DNA of 60,547 bases, filler included, from Sphacelaria rigidula (lineage: Eukaryota), in NCBI GenBank assembly GCA_964200075.2. It is 7 parts of 7 records of this genome, joined end to end, with 100 filler letters (N's around TTAATTAATTAA, not from the genome) between each part and the next. Parts side by side here need not be neighbours in the genome. Positions count along the whole stretch, not along the records: positions 17,329 to 25,892 come from CAXNAA020010765.1; positions 25,993 to 34,556 come from CAXNAA020010766.1; positions 34,657 to 43,220 come from CAXNAA020010767.1; 4 more parts are not named here. One strand, 5' to 3'. Below the pieces are notes generated by a model that saw only the letters and a list, made by a program, of their open reading frames with translations, was not told the origin of the DNA and ran no database searches. Of the stretch, positions 24,851-38,743 are shown piece by piece (within the stretch, counting starts at the first letter, position 1; each line of letters begins with the position of its first letter). A program made the translations under genes and the position numbers.

Positions 24851-25810
24851 AGTCGTAGTATTGTTGCCCAAGGTAACGCAAAAGAAGGGGTACCCTCTCT
24901 TTTGTTATGTAGGGCAAGGATTGACCGTGAGACGGATAGGCAGGAGTGATCTGATCCGGTGAGCGTGGTGGTGCTCCAGGAAATAGTCGTTTTACCGCGC
25001 TCTACCGGTTTCCAAGGGTACCGGAGATCTATCTGCGTGTAATATGTCCGAGTGCTTTAGCCCCCCCCCTCCCCCCCGCTCACGCCACTGATGGAAATGC
25101 TCATATGTGACTTGTGTTCTGTTACTAGCCACACGCATGTGTATGTAGGCGTTCACTATGCGTGCGTATACTTGGGTTGTTCATACCTTGCACAACATAT
25201 GGTCAATGCATGTAATAGGCAAAAAAAATTCTAGGGTGAGGTATAGTAATCGATGCAATAGACAAGAAATGAACTGGGCAAAGCATGGGCCTATTGCATC
25301 TCTCGACCATATATTGTCCAGGGTGCGGTGTTGTGCTATTCACATATGTGTAGCACGCATTCCTTCACCACAGGCCGCTGGTCGGAAGGAACTCCCGAAA
25401 TGACCAAAAAAATCAACACGGTTATGACCGACTGATCAAATGAAACCCGTAAGGTAAACTGTAATTCTGCTCGAGCCAGGCGTTAAATTTTGCGGTGTGT
25501 TTAGCATGAGTTTATTCTATATGTCCGCCTTGTTGGTGCACTGACGCCGGCACCTGCCTGCTGTTGTTGCTCTTGTTAATGATAGAGAATGACTAATTAT
25601 GTGATAGGGGACACGCGATCAAATTTCCTTCATTCACTCGGTGAAGTGCAGAGTATTTTTTTTCTTGTGTATGAGTGTGTATTCGTGAACGATGACAAAT
25701 GTAGGTGAAGGAAATCAAGCTCAGTATCTTTGCGTGTTTCCCCCCCTTTTTACCTTTATTTTATGCACGTGTATATGTTTTTTCGTCACATTTTTGACCC
25801 CCCCCCCCAC

Positions 25811-25892
25811 GATCGTACTACGCGGTGTTTAAATGGTGAGACACCCAGCAGGCAGTGTATAAGCCGTGGCTGTCTCTGGATGTGGCGATACC
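25811..25892 (+). repeat. Copy of the LINE 3'-terminal sequence at a contig end
   Basis: Near-identical to 50358-50439 (gatcgtactacg...aggcagtgtataagccgtggctgtctctgga.gtggcgatacc). Confidence 0.9.
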
Positions 25893-28800
25893 NNNNNNNN
25901 NNNNNNNNNNNNNNNNNNNNNNNNNNNNNNNNNNNNTTAATTAATTAANNNNNNNNNNNNNNNNNNNNNNNNNNNNNNNNNNNNNNNNNNNNGATGCCCT
26001 TGTCCCCTGGTCATCATCCAGGATCCTACATGCTACATTTACTACGCCTTGGTGTATTTTGGCTACATCCTCCAGGGATCTACCCGTGGTCACATGACAT
26101 GCCCACGGAGCTTTGCATACCCGCGGTACTATACGCTGTGAGAATAAGGATACTTCTTTGTGTGTGTGGGACGGGACGGGATATCTCGTTCGGAGCACCC
26201 ATCGTGTTTTTTGGGGGTGCTTGTCCCGTCCCACTCCCTTCGGCCACCTTTGTAGGGGCTGCCGTACTGCCCCGTCTTGTCTCATCACATGCAAATGCTC
26301 CGTTTTGTCGGTTCGTTCTGGGGACAACGGGATATATCCCGTCCGTCGCGTTTCTGTTCTCTCAGAGGCGGCGGTCCCGTTCCGTCTTTTATCCTGTAAC
26401 AAGGAACGATTTCTCTCGCGATATAAGTAGACACTACGCTCGCCCGGGTTCCAAGCTTCTTACCAAATCATGATGAATATGACACATGTACAAGAAAAGT
26501 GGCACGTAAGGCTGGAAGCAAGGACTAACACGTCTGGACCTTTGTCCTGTTGGGAGGCTCACGATTACGACGTTTGCCGCGCTACACTGAACTCAACGCT
26601 GCTCAACCGGTGGGAATACGTGCCGCATCAAGTAGCTTCCCCATGCGTGCTGCGCCCACGGTGCTCGCTTGCTGCGCGGAGACACCTAAAAAAATAGGGC
26701 ATTCCCCGGGGTCTTCAGACCGTTTCTAAAGGCAACGCTCTCTGCCGTCGAATGTTGGAATAAAGGTTTACCGCCCCCTCTTGAAATACTTCAGAAGGCA
26801 TGGTTGTATTTTGTGGAAAATACTCAAATATCCGGTCACGAGAGAGACGGGTTTGCGCCAAGAAGCCCAGGCCTAACACGCCCGAACTCCTAGTAGCCAG
26901 AGCTTCCGTGTGTGTTGCACTCATTGTCCTTCGAGGGGGCTGCACCGACTATCAAGCACCGTAGATTGCGCACAAGGGGCGTGTGTTCGCACTGTTTGTA
27001 CAGCTTGAACCTGTGGTGTACCCGCGCGGATCCTTATAGGGGGAAGGAAACGGAACTTCATGGGTTCTAAGCCTACGCAGCGAAAACACCCGCTTAATGC
27101 AAGCATGACCATATCTTGGTGGTGTGGTATATATTCTCGGCCCATCGCTTTTGTAACAAGATATCCCCTGGTGGTTTCAAGCTGGGGGCTGAGGCTTGCT
27201 GGCACGTGCGCTCGGCCCACCAAGGACTTTCGTCGCACCAGATCAATACGTACGACGTAGAACCGAACCAACGGCATATTTGGTAATGCACACAAGAGTG
27301 TGTGCTGCACGTACAATCACAATATGGCACAGTACAGAATCGCCCGAGACGAAGATCAAGTCGTCGAACAGCATGATTGTGGTGTGTTATCCTAAGGCAA
27401 GTATCGCCGTCTATACGACTGCACTCCCATTCATGGCCTGTATGTGATGAGAACAGTACGTTGGACAGGGCGCCTGGCTCTGAGAATCGACTCCAGACAT
27501 TTGACCCGGCCTTCGCACCCCTCGGGTTTTGTGGAGTGCAAGCGCGGAGAAAGTTGGCTCCAACATCTGACGATATTTGCGCAAGAACTACGGGCTATGA
27601 ATGAACCTAACCATCCAATACAGACGCAGATCGTCCCTGTTTTTGTTAGGATATTGCGGCAACTCACAGTTTCACCTAATATACCAAACCACAAAACAAA
27701 TGTCATTATTTGCGGTGGCTCTCTGACGTGCCGACACCACCATCATTTCTCGGTGTACCGAGTTGGGCTTGGATGGCGGAAAACATACTTCCTGGATAGT
27801 GGGGGAATGTTTTTTTTGACAGGGAGTCGTTGTTTCAAATCTAACCAGATGTCGATTCAAAGACAAATGGAATCCACAGATTCTCTCATTATGCACCTCA
27901 CAAGAAGAGTAGATGGGGCACCAATGTCGGCCAAACGAAAAGCGTCTATTATGAGAGGCCGACGCCATGTCGAGTGCGCTGCGCGCACGGCATACAACCC
28001 ACCAGCGAGAGTGCCGTGGTGCATACCTTGGAACTCATGCAGGGAGCACATGAAATCAACCACGCTGGTCATACCCGTAATGCCCGTGTTGGTCGAGTCT
28101 CCTTGTTGAGATAAAACAATCCATGATTGGCTGATGCATTTTGCCAACGTATTTGGAAAGTATAAAAAAAATACTGCCCCATAAAATGACCACGACGAAC
28201 ATGAAATATTTGTCCCGTCGAAAGGCCATGGCTCACCACTTATTATCTCTAGCGTCACAGTATACGAAATACTGTCAAACCAGTGGTCATGTGTGCCTCA
28301 TCCGACTTGATGTCACATGCACCCATGCGTCGACGGTGCTTGTTCGGTGCGTCGAGATGATGGAAATAATGGGGTGTTGTGCACAGAATACCGATGTCTA
28401 AGCGTAAGACGCGAATCGTCGCCCTTTTTGACATGGTCATGCGGCAGTCCACATTCCTATATCTGCTCTCTACGCGACGCCGCCAACCCAGGCGTAAAAT
28501 ACCCCCGGCTCCAGTGGCTTTCCAACGAACCGTCACTCCTTCGCTGGCTTCTCGGTATGCCGATTTTGCACCGCAAGACTGCGATAGGGATTCGGGGAAT
28601 TTGCAACAGATATCCCAGTGAAATGGGGGCAGATCTCGGGCGGATTTTGCATATGCCTGTGCAGCATTTCACATTCCCGTTTATGCACAGGACGCAATGC
28701 CGTCGAATCCGGAACAACGTCTCCTGATGTCCAGCAGCTCTCAACGCACCACTTGCTCTTTCGTTGGCCTCCTGCTGCGCTCACACTACACGTCGAGACT

Positions 28801-29652
28801 GACAGGGGTTTGCAAAAGCGGCAGTCACTGTATTATGATATGTCACATTCGCTCATGATTCATCTGCACACCCGTGGTACTCAGGCTGTGGAACATGTAT
28901 GCCGTAATCGTTTCTAGCGCATTCTCTAGCATTCACTATGTGGAATTTAGTACCGTAGTGTACTGCGCTGTACTGTGAGAGGCGCAATTCAGCGTTGTGG
29001 AGAGAATCATATCAGCGGTCGTCTGTGCAGAGCTGACAAGGAAGTCGAGGACTGCCTGTTCATGACTGCTGCACGGTACGGTACTAGCTATAAGGTCAGT
29101 GTGCAGCGCTGTAGTATACTCTTGTCCTGCGAGGAGTTTGGGCACGGCCAACTTTGCACCATGTAATATCGTGTGTAGCCCACACTGTTTTCATCTGTGG
29201 AAACACGTGCGGGTCATGTATGCGGTGTGAAGAATGATGCGAACAGGGGCCTCCACAAATTAGACAAAAAGCACGCAGGGTCCCTCGAGTTGATACTGTG
29301 TCAAATGAGGTGAAGAGGGGGGTGTACTCATGATCATGCTTGCCATAGTCATCAAGGTGAAGAGGGGGGGGCGGGGATGGGGTAAGAACCAATGAAAATC
29401 GTGTGCCTAATATGTACACGGAGCCGTTTTCCGCAATATCGTGGCGCACGATTCGCCGAGAAAGAAGGAATTGGAAAGTCATCGAAAACCGAATATGAAT
29501 ATAATGACGGTACAAGCGAGGAGATGCCGGGGGTGCGCTCGAGTAGACCGACTGATATCCAAGCAACGGTGGAATCCATGCTAGTGCCGACTATTTGGCG
29601 TTTTCGTGCAGCATGTGCACTACGATTGGTTTCTTGGGACCCACTACCGGTC

Positions 29653-29897
29653 GCCCCGGTGCCTCATTTGGTAACCTCGAAACCTTGTGACGATTGGATC
29701 GTGGGTTCAACTCCTCGGTGCAGTCACATCATCTGAGATGTTTTCTCACACCATGCCCAGCAGTGGAGAACAAATATGCCGTGCGTAAACAAAATTCGAC
29801 TTCACTGTCAACAAGGGACAGGGACGGCTGAACCCCTTTCGCATAAAAAAATAGGGCAAGTACCGCAGAAGGACGGTGGGATACCAGAACAAAAAAA
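29653..29897 (+). mobile_element. tRNA-derived SINE, degenerate
   Basis: A-box-like tgcctcatttgg (29660-29671) and B-box ggttcaactcc (29704-29714) at tRNA-like spacing, no complete cloverleaf, A-rich 3' end. Confidence 0.6.
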
Positions 29898-31627
29898 CTC
29901 GTATGTTAGCCTTCCTCCTACGTGACCCCGGCTATTGCGCCCACATGTATCAAAAGGTGTAGATTGGCGTCTAGAATAGGTGGGATGCGAACACACACCT
30001 CGAGCAAGTGGTGTCAACCAACGGAAGCATAAGGCGGGCGGTACTTTGCCAAGAAAAAGTGAGACGCGCCAAGCAAACACATCTCAGATAATTGGAAAAA
30101 CGTATTGAGCCACATAATATTTTTTTGGGTTACCATATTGGGATTTTCCCTCTGGGTAGGACGGGGGGCGAGGCGATCGAGGACTTCTTCATGACGGGGC
30201 CCCCTGATGTGAAGAACACTTCATTCTGTTTTTTCGCCATGTCTATTTACGAGCACGGAATTCAAGTCGGTCATTTGTCGAAGGGCTGCACATCAGATGA
30301 CAGTGGACGCGTGTGCTCGGCTGTGAGTCGCTTGGGCGCGGTAAAAAAATCAAGCTTCGTGCTATGACATAGCCCCGTGTTTATTCTACATGATTCTGCG
30401 CATGCTTATTCACTGTTGGAGCATGTTTTTTCCCACTTACACATATTCAACTGTTGGTAAACGGCAGTTGCTGGCGGTTTAAGCACCCGACCAAGCTCCT
30501 GCCAGCCGCGGTTGGAGGGAGTACGCAGGGGTAACAGATTCTGCCAGTGCTGCGCCACGCAGTCATGGCGTGAGCTCGGTTAACATTTTTCACGCTGCTG
30601 TTGGTATCATTTTGGTTGGTATGTAGCATGTGCTGTTGCCACGGATGGATCCTGAAAAATGCCCGGAAAAGGCCAGAAATTCAGCGACACATTCCCTCAA
30701 CCAAACAGAGCCAAGGAAAAAATACGGAGATTTCACACTCTACCGCGGAAGACCTCGGTGTTGTGGGAAACTGCTATATTTTGGTCGATGCTTGTTTTGT
30801 TTCGTTCGCCCTAGGCCGTTGTGATTGGTTGGGCACCGGCACGCAAAAAAAAAGGTGAACACAGTAAGATGGAAGCAATACACGAGAATGCATGCTTCAA
30901 ACAATTTAACGGGGGCATACATGTATACCCCAACTGCCATCGCACGTCCTCCAATTTCGTTGGTTACCCCGCTGACAGTGTCAGGGGGTGATCCTGACTA
31001 ATCACACCCATCTTCCAAATTATAGTTCGTGGCTGCACGATGTGAACGCGCTCTCGGAACATTTTCTTTCCTTCAGTGGGCATCACATCTATGTCATCGT
31101 CCCTCTCATGTCTCGAACCCCGTAGCGACTGTGCGTGTAGTATCTGCATGTGTCTCTTGATGTAGATGCGATACAGGGCAAACTTGAGCAGTGCACAGTT
31201 GGTATTCTAGACACACAGGCGTTGTTCCACTTCGGAACAGCCCCTGCATAGAATTGCGGTCATACTCCAGTCGAGTTGTTCAACCCTGAGTTGACAAGAG
31301 AATCTGCTGCATGAGGACGTTACTAGCACCGTACAAATCCGAGAAACAAATCCGCCTCTCCCCATATTCGGCATCGGAAGCGGGTAAAGAGCATGATGGT
31401 GAATTTGAATTCTGAGCGAGTCTGCTAGGGACTTCGAAGTTCTTTCTGTAGATGGGTTGCACGCATAGGTTTGTACAATTCAACGTTTTTGCCAGGAGTG
31501 GTCATCGACCGTGCCTCGCATGCATAGTAATGTTGATTAATGCAGGGTGCAGTGCGCCCTTGGGTGCACAAGTGTAAGGAGGATGGTCCGGCGACGCCCT
31601 CCAGCGAATCGCCGGTTGTGCGTGAGG

Positions 31628-31628
<1 letters not shown>

Positions 31629-31659
<31 letters not shown>
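31629..31659. repeat. (TA)n microsatellite
   Basis: Direct reading. Confidence 0.97.
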
Positions 31660-31663
<4 letters not shown>

Positions 31664-31699
31664 CATAATCAAACGAATGAATCGAAACAAGTATGAAAA

Positions 31700-31995
31700 T
31701 CGAAACGTAACTGTTGTATACAAGTACACGTTTCATGATTCTGTACAGCTCTTATTTTTACTTTTTTCTTCCTTGGATCGGCCATTTCTTCCTGTGCTTT
31801 ATTTTTGTTCACTTTTTATTCCTCTTTTCCAACGTCTTAGTCTACTATGTCGTTCTGTTCGACCTTTTCTGTTCCTTCTTTCCCTTCAGCGAGTGTTCCA
31901 GTTTTGCTTTTGCTTGGGTACGTGTCTCATGTGACCACGGCTAGATCCCTGGGGGGTCAGTTAAAGTAAGACAATCAATCCATCAATCCAATCAG
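31700..31995 (+). mobile_element. 3' end of a non-LTR retroposon with (CAAT)n-like tail
   Basis: T-rich UTR then catgtgaccacggctagat...cagttaaagtaagacaatcaatccatcaatccaatca. Confidence 0.55.
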
Positions 31996-32219
31996 CGCTC
32001 ACCAACGCACGCGCATCGACTCTGCTCGTTGGGTAGTATCGATTGCGTTCTGACAGGGAACAAACTGCCGGGAATCGTTGGTTTGACCAACGTGCTGGAC
32101 GTTGAGAAACGATGTCAGATAATGTTCTTCATCGCTCTCTCAAACATGCTTCATACTGAACCATCTGCACCGAACCGCATGGTCGATGTGAACACCTGCC
32201 CTCCGAATCATACATCAAT

Positions 32220-33130
32220 GCCATTTCCGCAGTTCAGACTGTTTCACACTTTCGACCCGAAAATCACTCATCAGCAAATGCCATCCGCGATACCTACCCA
32301 GTTGTCGCATGCATGGTATCATGCTGACCGCCATGGACAACTGAATAGTAGTGACGGGTCGAATTTCTGGTTGAAACTGTCGTGGTGACGCTAAGGGCGA
32401 AAAAGGGTAGAAAAAGTGCCTCGACCAATCAGTGATCTTGGAAATGTTCTGAAAACCAAAACGCGAATTCCAAACCGAATTTCCACCTAATTTACACACA
32501 ATTACATTGCAGTAACCGCCATCAACTCGGGAACCTAGCGAGAAAAACATATATGAAAACGGTATCAATGGGATCGAATCATACCCCCAACAGGGGTACC
32601 GTATTTCGGTGATGTGGGGTGTTGTCGGATGTCAACTGATAATACACACCGATGACCCCGAAATGCTCCCGACGGTTTTCCTTTTGTCTGTCGTAGTGAA
32701 GCTCCGACCGCCTTCAAGCTTGGTAGTTTGGTAGACACTGGTGCTCCAAAGGGAAAAAATGAATCGTTGAAATTATGTCAATTGATTCCGCCCTGTACCG
32801 GCTTCTGTGGGTCCCCGCGTGAAGACCCTCGGAAGCCAATACAGAATGCCACTGGCAATAAATACATATGGACATATTTCGCGTCCCGGCGTGGTCTAAA
32901 GAAAATTGATACGAAATATCTTTACACAACACAAAACACTGGTGCCCTGGGGTCGTGTTAATGTCAAACGTCCCCGATAAAAAGTTTCAATTCTGAAACG
33001 AAGTACGTGAGAACTTGTACCTTTCAAGCTCATTTTGTCGCACAAAAGCTCAAGGTTCATGCCGATTCTTGGAATTAGACTCAAAATCTTTGCACACATA
33101 CACTGTGGGGCATTTCGAAAGTTTTAACGA
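32220..33130 (+). repeat. Dispersed repeat family A, copy 2
   Basis: Colinear with 13820-14450 and 50515-51370 (tcatcagcaaatg, ctcgaccaatcag, taccggcttc, tcgcacaaa, tttgcaca). Confidence 0.85.
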
Positions 33131-34724
33131 AAGTTTTAACGAAATGGGTCCAAGAATAGCATGTTACTCGTCAGGACCCTGGGACCTCGCATGACCGGCG
33201 AAATAAAAACAAAAAAACGCCATTTCTTCAAAGTTTCGATATGCTTTAAAATATCTGTGTGCAATTTCTAGAGTCTATCTCCAAGAATCGGCATAAATAC
33301 TTGCGGATGGATGAATTTTGGGCCGGAAGTAAGAACAAGCCTACATTTCATTTTGATGCCGAGAGGTGACGTTCTCGCTTCGACACAAGGAGTCGGCAGT
33401 ACGTGTGTGCGCGGGTTATGCCTTGCGCAGTGGTCCCCTGAGCACGCTCCAGTAACCACCCGAACAACAATGGCCTGCACACGCCTCCCCTATCGGTAAG
33501 CCGTGCTGGTGTTTGCATGTATGGCTACGAGACAAGTCTCCCCAAGAATAAAAACCATCTGAACGCGGCGCGATTACCGCCTGTTCGTGGTGGAAACCAC
33601 CTATGATCTGGTGCGCTTGAACACCGTATCTCACATGTTCCAACCCCCCTCAATCACAGGGCAATATCTCGTTAAGGACAGCAACTCCAGAGATGAAGCA
33701 AGTTGCTCTGTATATCCAACAGGTGCGCCTTCAAGTGCTCTACGTTCTGGCGGCGCAGGCTCTTGACGCAGACGAAAGTATCGAGGCGAAGTAAAGATTA
33801 TCTACCGCACATGTTGCGCTATCCCGAGAGTTGATACATGTAATCGTGGTATTCAACGATGGCCGGTAGGTACTTGGACGTCTCTGCAGAGTTTGCGGCT
33901 TGCTGACATTCGTGCGTGTCAAAGAGACCAGGTCACATGCGCGACACCAATCCCGATCAGTACGCAGATCGGGGGAGCTCAGATCGGAATTCTTTAATTT
34001 TTGCACGAATTTCCTCGATCTGCGCTTTAGATTCGGGACGAGGTTGAGCTTCCCCTAATCTCTAGGAAGGTGACGCACGTACAGGAACGTACAGTGATGA
34101 GGCAAAACACGTTCAATCTTATCGAAACCGCATCAGCAGACAGTCCGTGACAGCGCAGACCATGTCTACCCGCGCCAGCTGTTGGAGCAGCTCCGTAGCA
34201 CAGGTAGCGCGCTCGGGGTTTGACAAGCGAATAACAAGTGGTTACGGCGTCCCCTGCGGAAATGACAATATATTGCCCTGGACTGCCGTCTCCATCACTG
34301 AAACGAGTGCTGCTGTACTATCTCACCGCCTGTTGTTGTATACGAGCTGGGCCAGCCTAGAAGCGTATTATTTGGAGTTTCCAGGCCAATTCGCAATTGT
34401 CGACTTCGAGTTGGACACTGAAAATTAGTATAGATAAAAATATATAAAAATGCGTGGTCCTCAAGATTTCTTTCTAAGGTAGTATAACCCTTTTGGGACC
34501 GGGCCTCCAGAACGACCAATGACGCTGGTCAGGAATGACGTGTCTGGCGTCTGCACNNNNNNNNNNNNNNNNNNNNNNNNNNNNNNNNNNNNNNNNNNNN
34601 TTAATTAATTAANNNNNNNNNNNNNNNNNNNNNNNNNNNNNNNNNNNNNNNNNNNNTTACCCCCGCTGCTGCGCCCACACATCCCGAAAGGGGTAGACTG
34701 GCGCCCAGAATAAATGGGACGTCA

Positions 34725-34727
<3 letters not shown>

Positions 34728-34770
<43 letters not shown>
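34728..34770. repeat. (CA)n microsatellite
   Basis: Direct reading. Confidence 0.97.
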
Positions 34771-34771
<1 letters not shown>

Positions 34772-36087
34772 GTAATTACCCCGCGGGGTGCAACTTTTGG
34801 ATTTCACACGATCACGACGGCTTCGTGAGTGACCGGATCCGAGAAATAACGACAGTTGCGGGAGCCTTACCCAACCGACAGCCGACGACTCTGGATTTCT
34901 AGCTCAGTGTACATGGCGATAGGTCAAGGCTCCTACTATTGTTGTGAGTGATACCGCATTCTGTTCTGAAATGTAACGCCACGAGGGTATCGAATAAACC
35001 GGCAGTTTTACACCGTACAGTTTGCTCCGTACAATGTTTATTACCAGTATATTTTAGGTGAGGGATGTCGTATGAAGGAAGTGCGCACAACTTTGCCGAG
35101 CATATTGCATGTTATTGTCTCACGGCCCTACACATTAACTTCTCGGATTCCGTCACTCACGAAGCCGCCGCGATCGTATGACATTCAGGAGTTGTTGCAG
35201 GACAGACAAGATCATACGTTACAGTCAGTGTGACAGGGTACTGGTTTGCAACCTTTTACAAGTGCCTTTTCGGCATCCATGCAAGACTCCCAGCCAGGAA
35301 AACGCAAGCAGAGTACTTCACCTGTAGCATAAAATCCTCCAGCCTCTTTGCTGCATGCCCACGTGGCCATTTGAACATGAAAGGAAGAGAGGCTTCCAAT
35401 GCCGCCTAAGACGGATGGAGTATGAACAATATCGTAACGGGTATTACCTTGATCATCTGGCATGACTATTGTATGATTCACTTGAATACTAAGTGTCGTG
35501 TTTTTTAAGGGGGGGCTTTCACCGTCTTTCTCCGTCAAACATAGCGAGCGGAAGACATGCCCTCTCGAGTGTTCTAGTCCAAGAATGCTACTGTAGAGAG
35601 TGATTCCACCCACAGACAACAGATACTTCTGTGTTCCACTCGTTGCACAACAGAGTGCACGGATAATTGAGCTGAAAGAAACACGCAAGTCTTTCTTAAT
35701 CGAGAGCTGGAGACTGCGCCCCATGTACCGGCTGGACACTTGAGTCCACGAAGGAATATTCGACGACATCGCAGGTGAGCAATGCTGTTTGAATCACCAG
35801 AGAGCGCACTGTTCAACAGGCACGTTGTTGCTGTTTTTGATGTTGCTGTATATGTGGAGATTTCAGGATTGCAGAAGGTTACCTCATGCGTATGTCTCAT
35901 GGATGACACCGCTCGCTTTGCCATTTATTACATGGAGGGGGACCACCCTTACAAGTACAACTCGAGAGTTGTAACGGAACTAGACGCTGAACATAGAGAA
36001 GGGAACTCGTGTACGCACCCAAATGTAGAACTGCCCTTTCCGTGCCTTTTTTATGTGTTGTTTTACCGTATGCAACACGTCTCGAAG

Positions 36088-37160
36088 GCGGACAAGATGG
36101 ACAGGGGAGGCGGCGGCAGCACTGCGAAGCCTCCCCTAGGCAGCCAGCATCGTCGACGTTACGGAGACGATGAACAGCGTCGAAGCCATACCGATAGCCC
36201 GAAGAGAAGAGTCGAACGATCAGCCTCCGGTAGTGGTGGTGGTGGCGGTAGTGGTGGCGGCAGCAACAACAAGAGAGACTCAGCAGTTGACCGTTTTTCT
36301 ACAACGCAAGGACGGAACGATCGTCCACATGTCAGGAAGGGCGGCACGGCCGCAGGTGCAACACGGACTCCCGGCAAAGACCGAGACATCAGCAGTAACA
36401 ACAGCGGCGCCAGTAGTCACAGCCACCACAGCTACCGCCGCCGTAGAGACTCGAGTCCCGACAAGAGCCACCACGCGACCAGCACCAGCAGAAAACTCCC
36501 AGCGTCCAGTAATCGGAACAACCCCGACCTCGCTCAAGCACCGGCTTCCCTCGGTGGCCACAGCCCTGATAACCGGGACAACCACGGTGGGGGCTCAGTC
36601 CGGAGCTCCTCTAGGAACCACACCGGCAGCGATGGCGGTGGGCGAGAGGAGAGGAAGAGGCCGACGTCCAGCGCAGGGGGAAACAGCAAGTTTCAAAGCA
36701 GTGGCGGAGGCGCCCGCAGACCACCTTCTCAGGAAACAAAACGACGCGATCGATCGTTATCTGATGAGCGCGCGGACCGAGGCAGCAGCAGCACCGGCTG
36801 CCACCGCCCAAGGAAGCACAACTCGACCCACGGCCGTGTGCGGGTCACGACTCCGGAGTCTCCCATGAGTAGTTCAAGTGAGGGTGGCAGCAGCAGGAGG
36901 TACAACAGGCACGGGACTGGGCGGCGGAGGGCTTTTTCTGATTCTTCCAGTGACGACTATGATGGCGATGGCGCTGGTGATGGCTTTCGCCAGCGCGCGG
37001 GTTCAGGGGCGAGGTCTGCGTCCATCTCCAGCGAGTCGCCCGTTGCAAGGAAGAAGACCGCCGAGAAGGAGCGGCGGCGGCAGAGTTATGGTAAAGACGT
37101 TGACAGGGTGGGGAAAAGGGGTGGTGGGTCTAGCAGCAGGCGCGATCGGAGTCTTTCGAG
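36088..37160 (+). CDS. Large exon of a Ser/Arg/Gly-rich, intrinsically disordered protein (candidate ATG at 36097)
   Basis: GC-rich part of ORF 35782-37296; possible AAG acceptor ending 36087; AG|GTGTGT donor at 37161, phase 2. Confidence 0.8.
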
Positions 37161-37899
37161 GTGTGTGTGTGTGCTCGTTAGCAGTTCATCTTGTGTGATG
37201 CTGTATGTGCAAACGTACCGGACTGTAAACGTACCGTCTGTGTTATCACTATTTACAGTATACATCCTTTGTGCTGTAGACAGTACCGTGCATTAAGGTA
37301 AGTGCTGTGCCCTCGACGGTTCGGGCAAGGAGAGCGTTCGAGCTTGAGGGATATGTGAGTTGTCTTCATGGACAGCAAGATAACATACTATAATGCGCCG
37401 TCGGTTGTCAATTTGGAGGGCCGCGGGATGCTGTGTAGTACTTCGCCTGCATTGGTTCCTACCGTCTTCGGTCAAAATGACTTGATTTTAGTATGCAGTT
37501 TCGTGGAAAAGTGGTACCGTATGCCTGACCGTTACCACCTCCGTAGACGCGCCCTGCCCCTCCCTTGCGCTACTCCGTTGTTCTCCATGGCGCTCCCGAG
37601 CAGGCTCCCAATTCAGCTATTCAATCCCGACGCACCCGAATTTCCTATTCAAGATGTCACGCTTGTCTTATGTTCGTATTTCCCTGTCGGCGTACGAATA
37701 CCATGTGATCAGCGGTCGAGCCAACAGCTGCTTCAGATGCCTCAAAGAGGGGTGTCCTGTGCGCCGTTTTTGCCCCCTAGTCGTTGTCCATGATGTCCTC
37801 CGCGGCGCACCCGAGCAGCCTGCTGCTGCAATTGCGCAATCCCGACACGTTCCAGCTCTCTATACGCAATGTCACGCTATTCATGCATGTATAATTAGG

Positions 37900-38680
37900 T
37901 GTTGGCCTGCGAGTGCCATGTGACGAACCACCAAGTGGACTGACCTAGATTCCCCAGTTCATGAGCCCTGTGCCCCGCAGTGTAGGCCCGGCGCCTCCTG
38001 GGTGCCCCCTGTGGCACGCCTGAGCAGCACGTCGCGGCGGTTTCGCAATGCCGTCGCGTTCCACGCTTCCTAACCAAGATGGCACGCTTTTTATTATGTG
38101 TGCATCAATGTTGGCGTGGGAATATCTTCCAGCAGAAACATGAACGAGGAGATACCGGTACTCCGTCCTCGGGCTGTTGCAGCCGGTCTAGGCCGCCATT
38201 TTCGCTCACTCCATCGATGACCCCCTGTTGTCCTTGCTCGACATAAACACCATCCCGTGCGAAATGAATGTTTGCTTTTATTCTTGTTGCCCAAGCGCGA
38301 TAATTGATGAGTAGTCGTTGTGGATACTCACGTTCGTGTCGGCGTACGAATACCCCGTGCCAAATCACCAACCGACACTGGTTTTTCGTCATGCTGTTTG
38401 CGCCATGCGGGCCTTCATTCCTCCCAACCTACTGATACTACCGCTGTTCTCTCCCCCGTCGCGTATGCAGCCAGTGATGGAGCGTGTGTGTTCCACCCTG
38501 TTTTCCGCACTCGTTGCTGCAACAGCAGCTCTTTTGCTCATTAACTTGAAAGTCGGCGGTGTTGAACAATCGCTTGATGCATGTCCGAACAAAGAAGCTA
38601 CCCCAACTTCCAACCGTGGGTCGCCATTTTCGCCCACTCTACGGGTAACTGATACCCCCCTCTCGTTCTCGCTTGACAAT
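37900..38680 (-). mobile_element. Possible decayed non-LTR reverse transcriptase fragment inside the intron
   Basis: SDCSTPPTFKLMSKRAAV (DxxNAFNxxxR-like) followed by CCSGVPQGAP (GVxQGDP-like) in the expected order. Confidence 0.3.
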
Positions 38681-38743
38681 TAAGCCAAATGATGGATTAC
38701 GTTTTTCCTGCTTGTCTTCCGTGTGCGCTGTTTGTCGCAACAG

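Noticed and set aside
27440-28790. Several 90-220 aa ORFs with faint Helitron-like words (GLPHDH, EFQG)
   Set aside because: Motifs are isolated and in the wrong order; probably TE debris but not assignable
29653-29725. tRNA gene
   Set aside because: A and B boxes are present but acceptor and anticodon stems do not pair; better read as a SINE head
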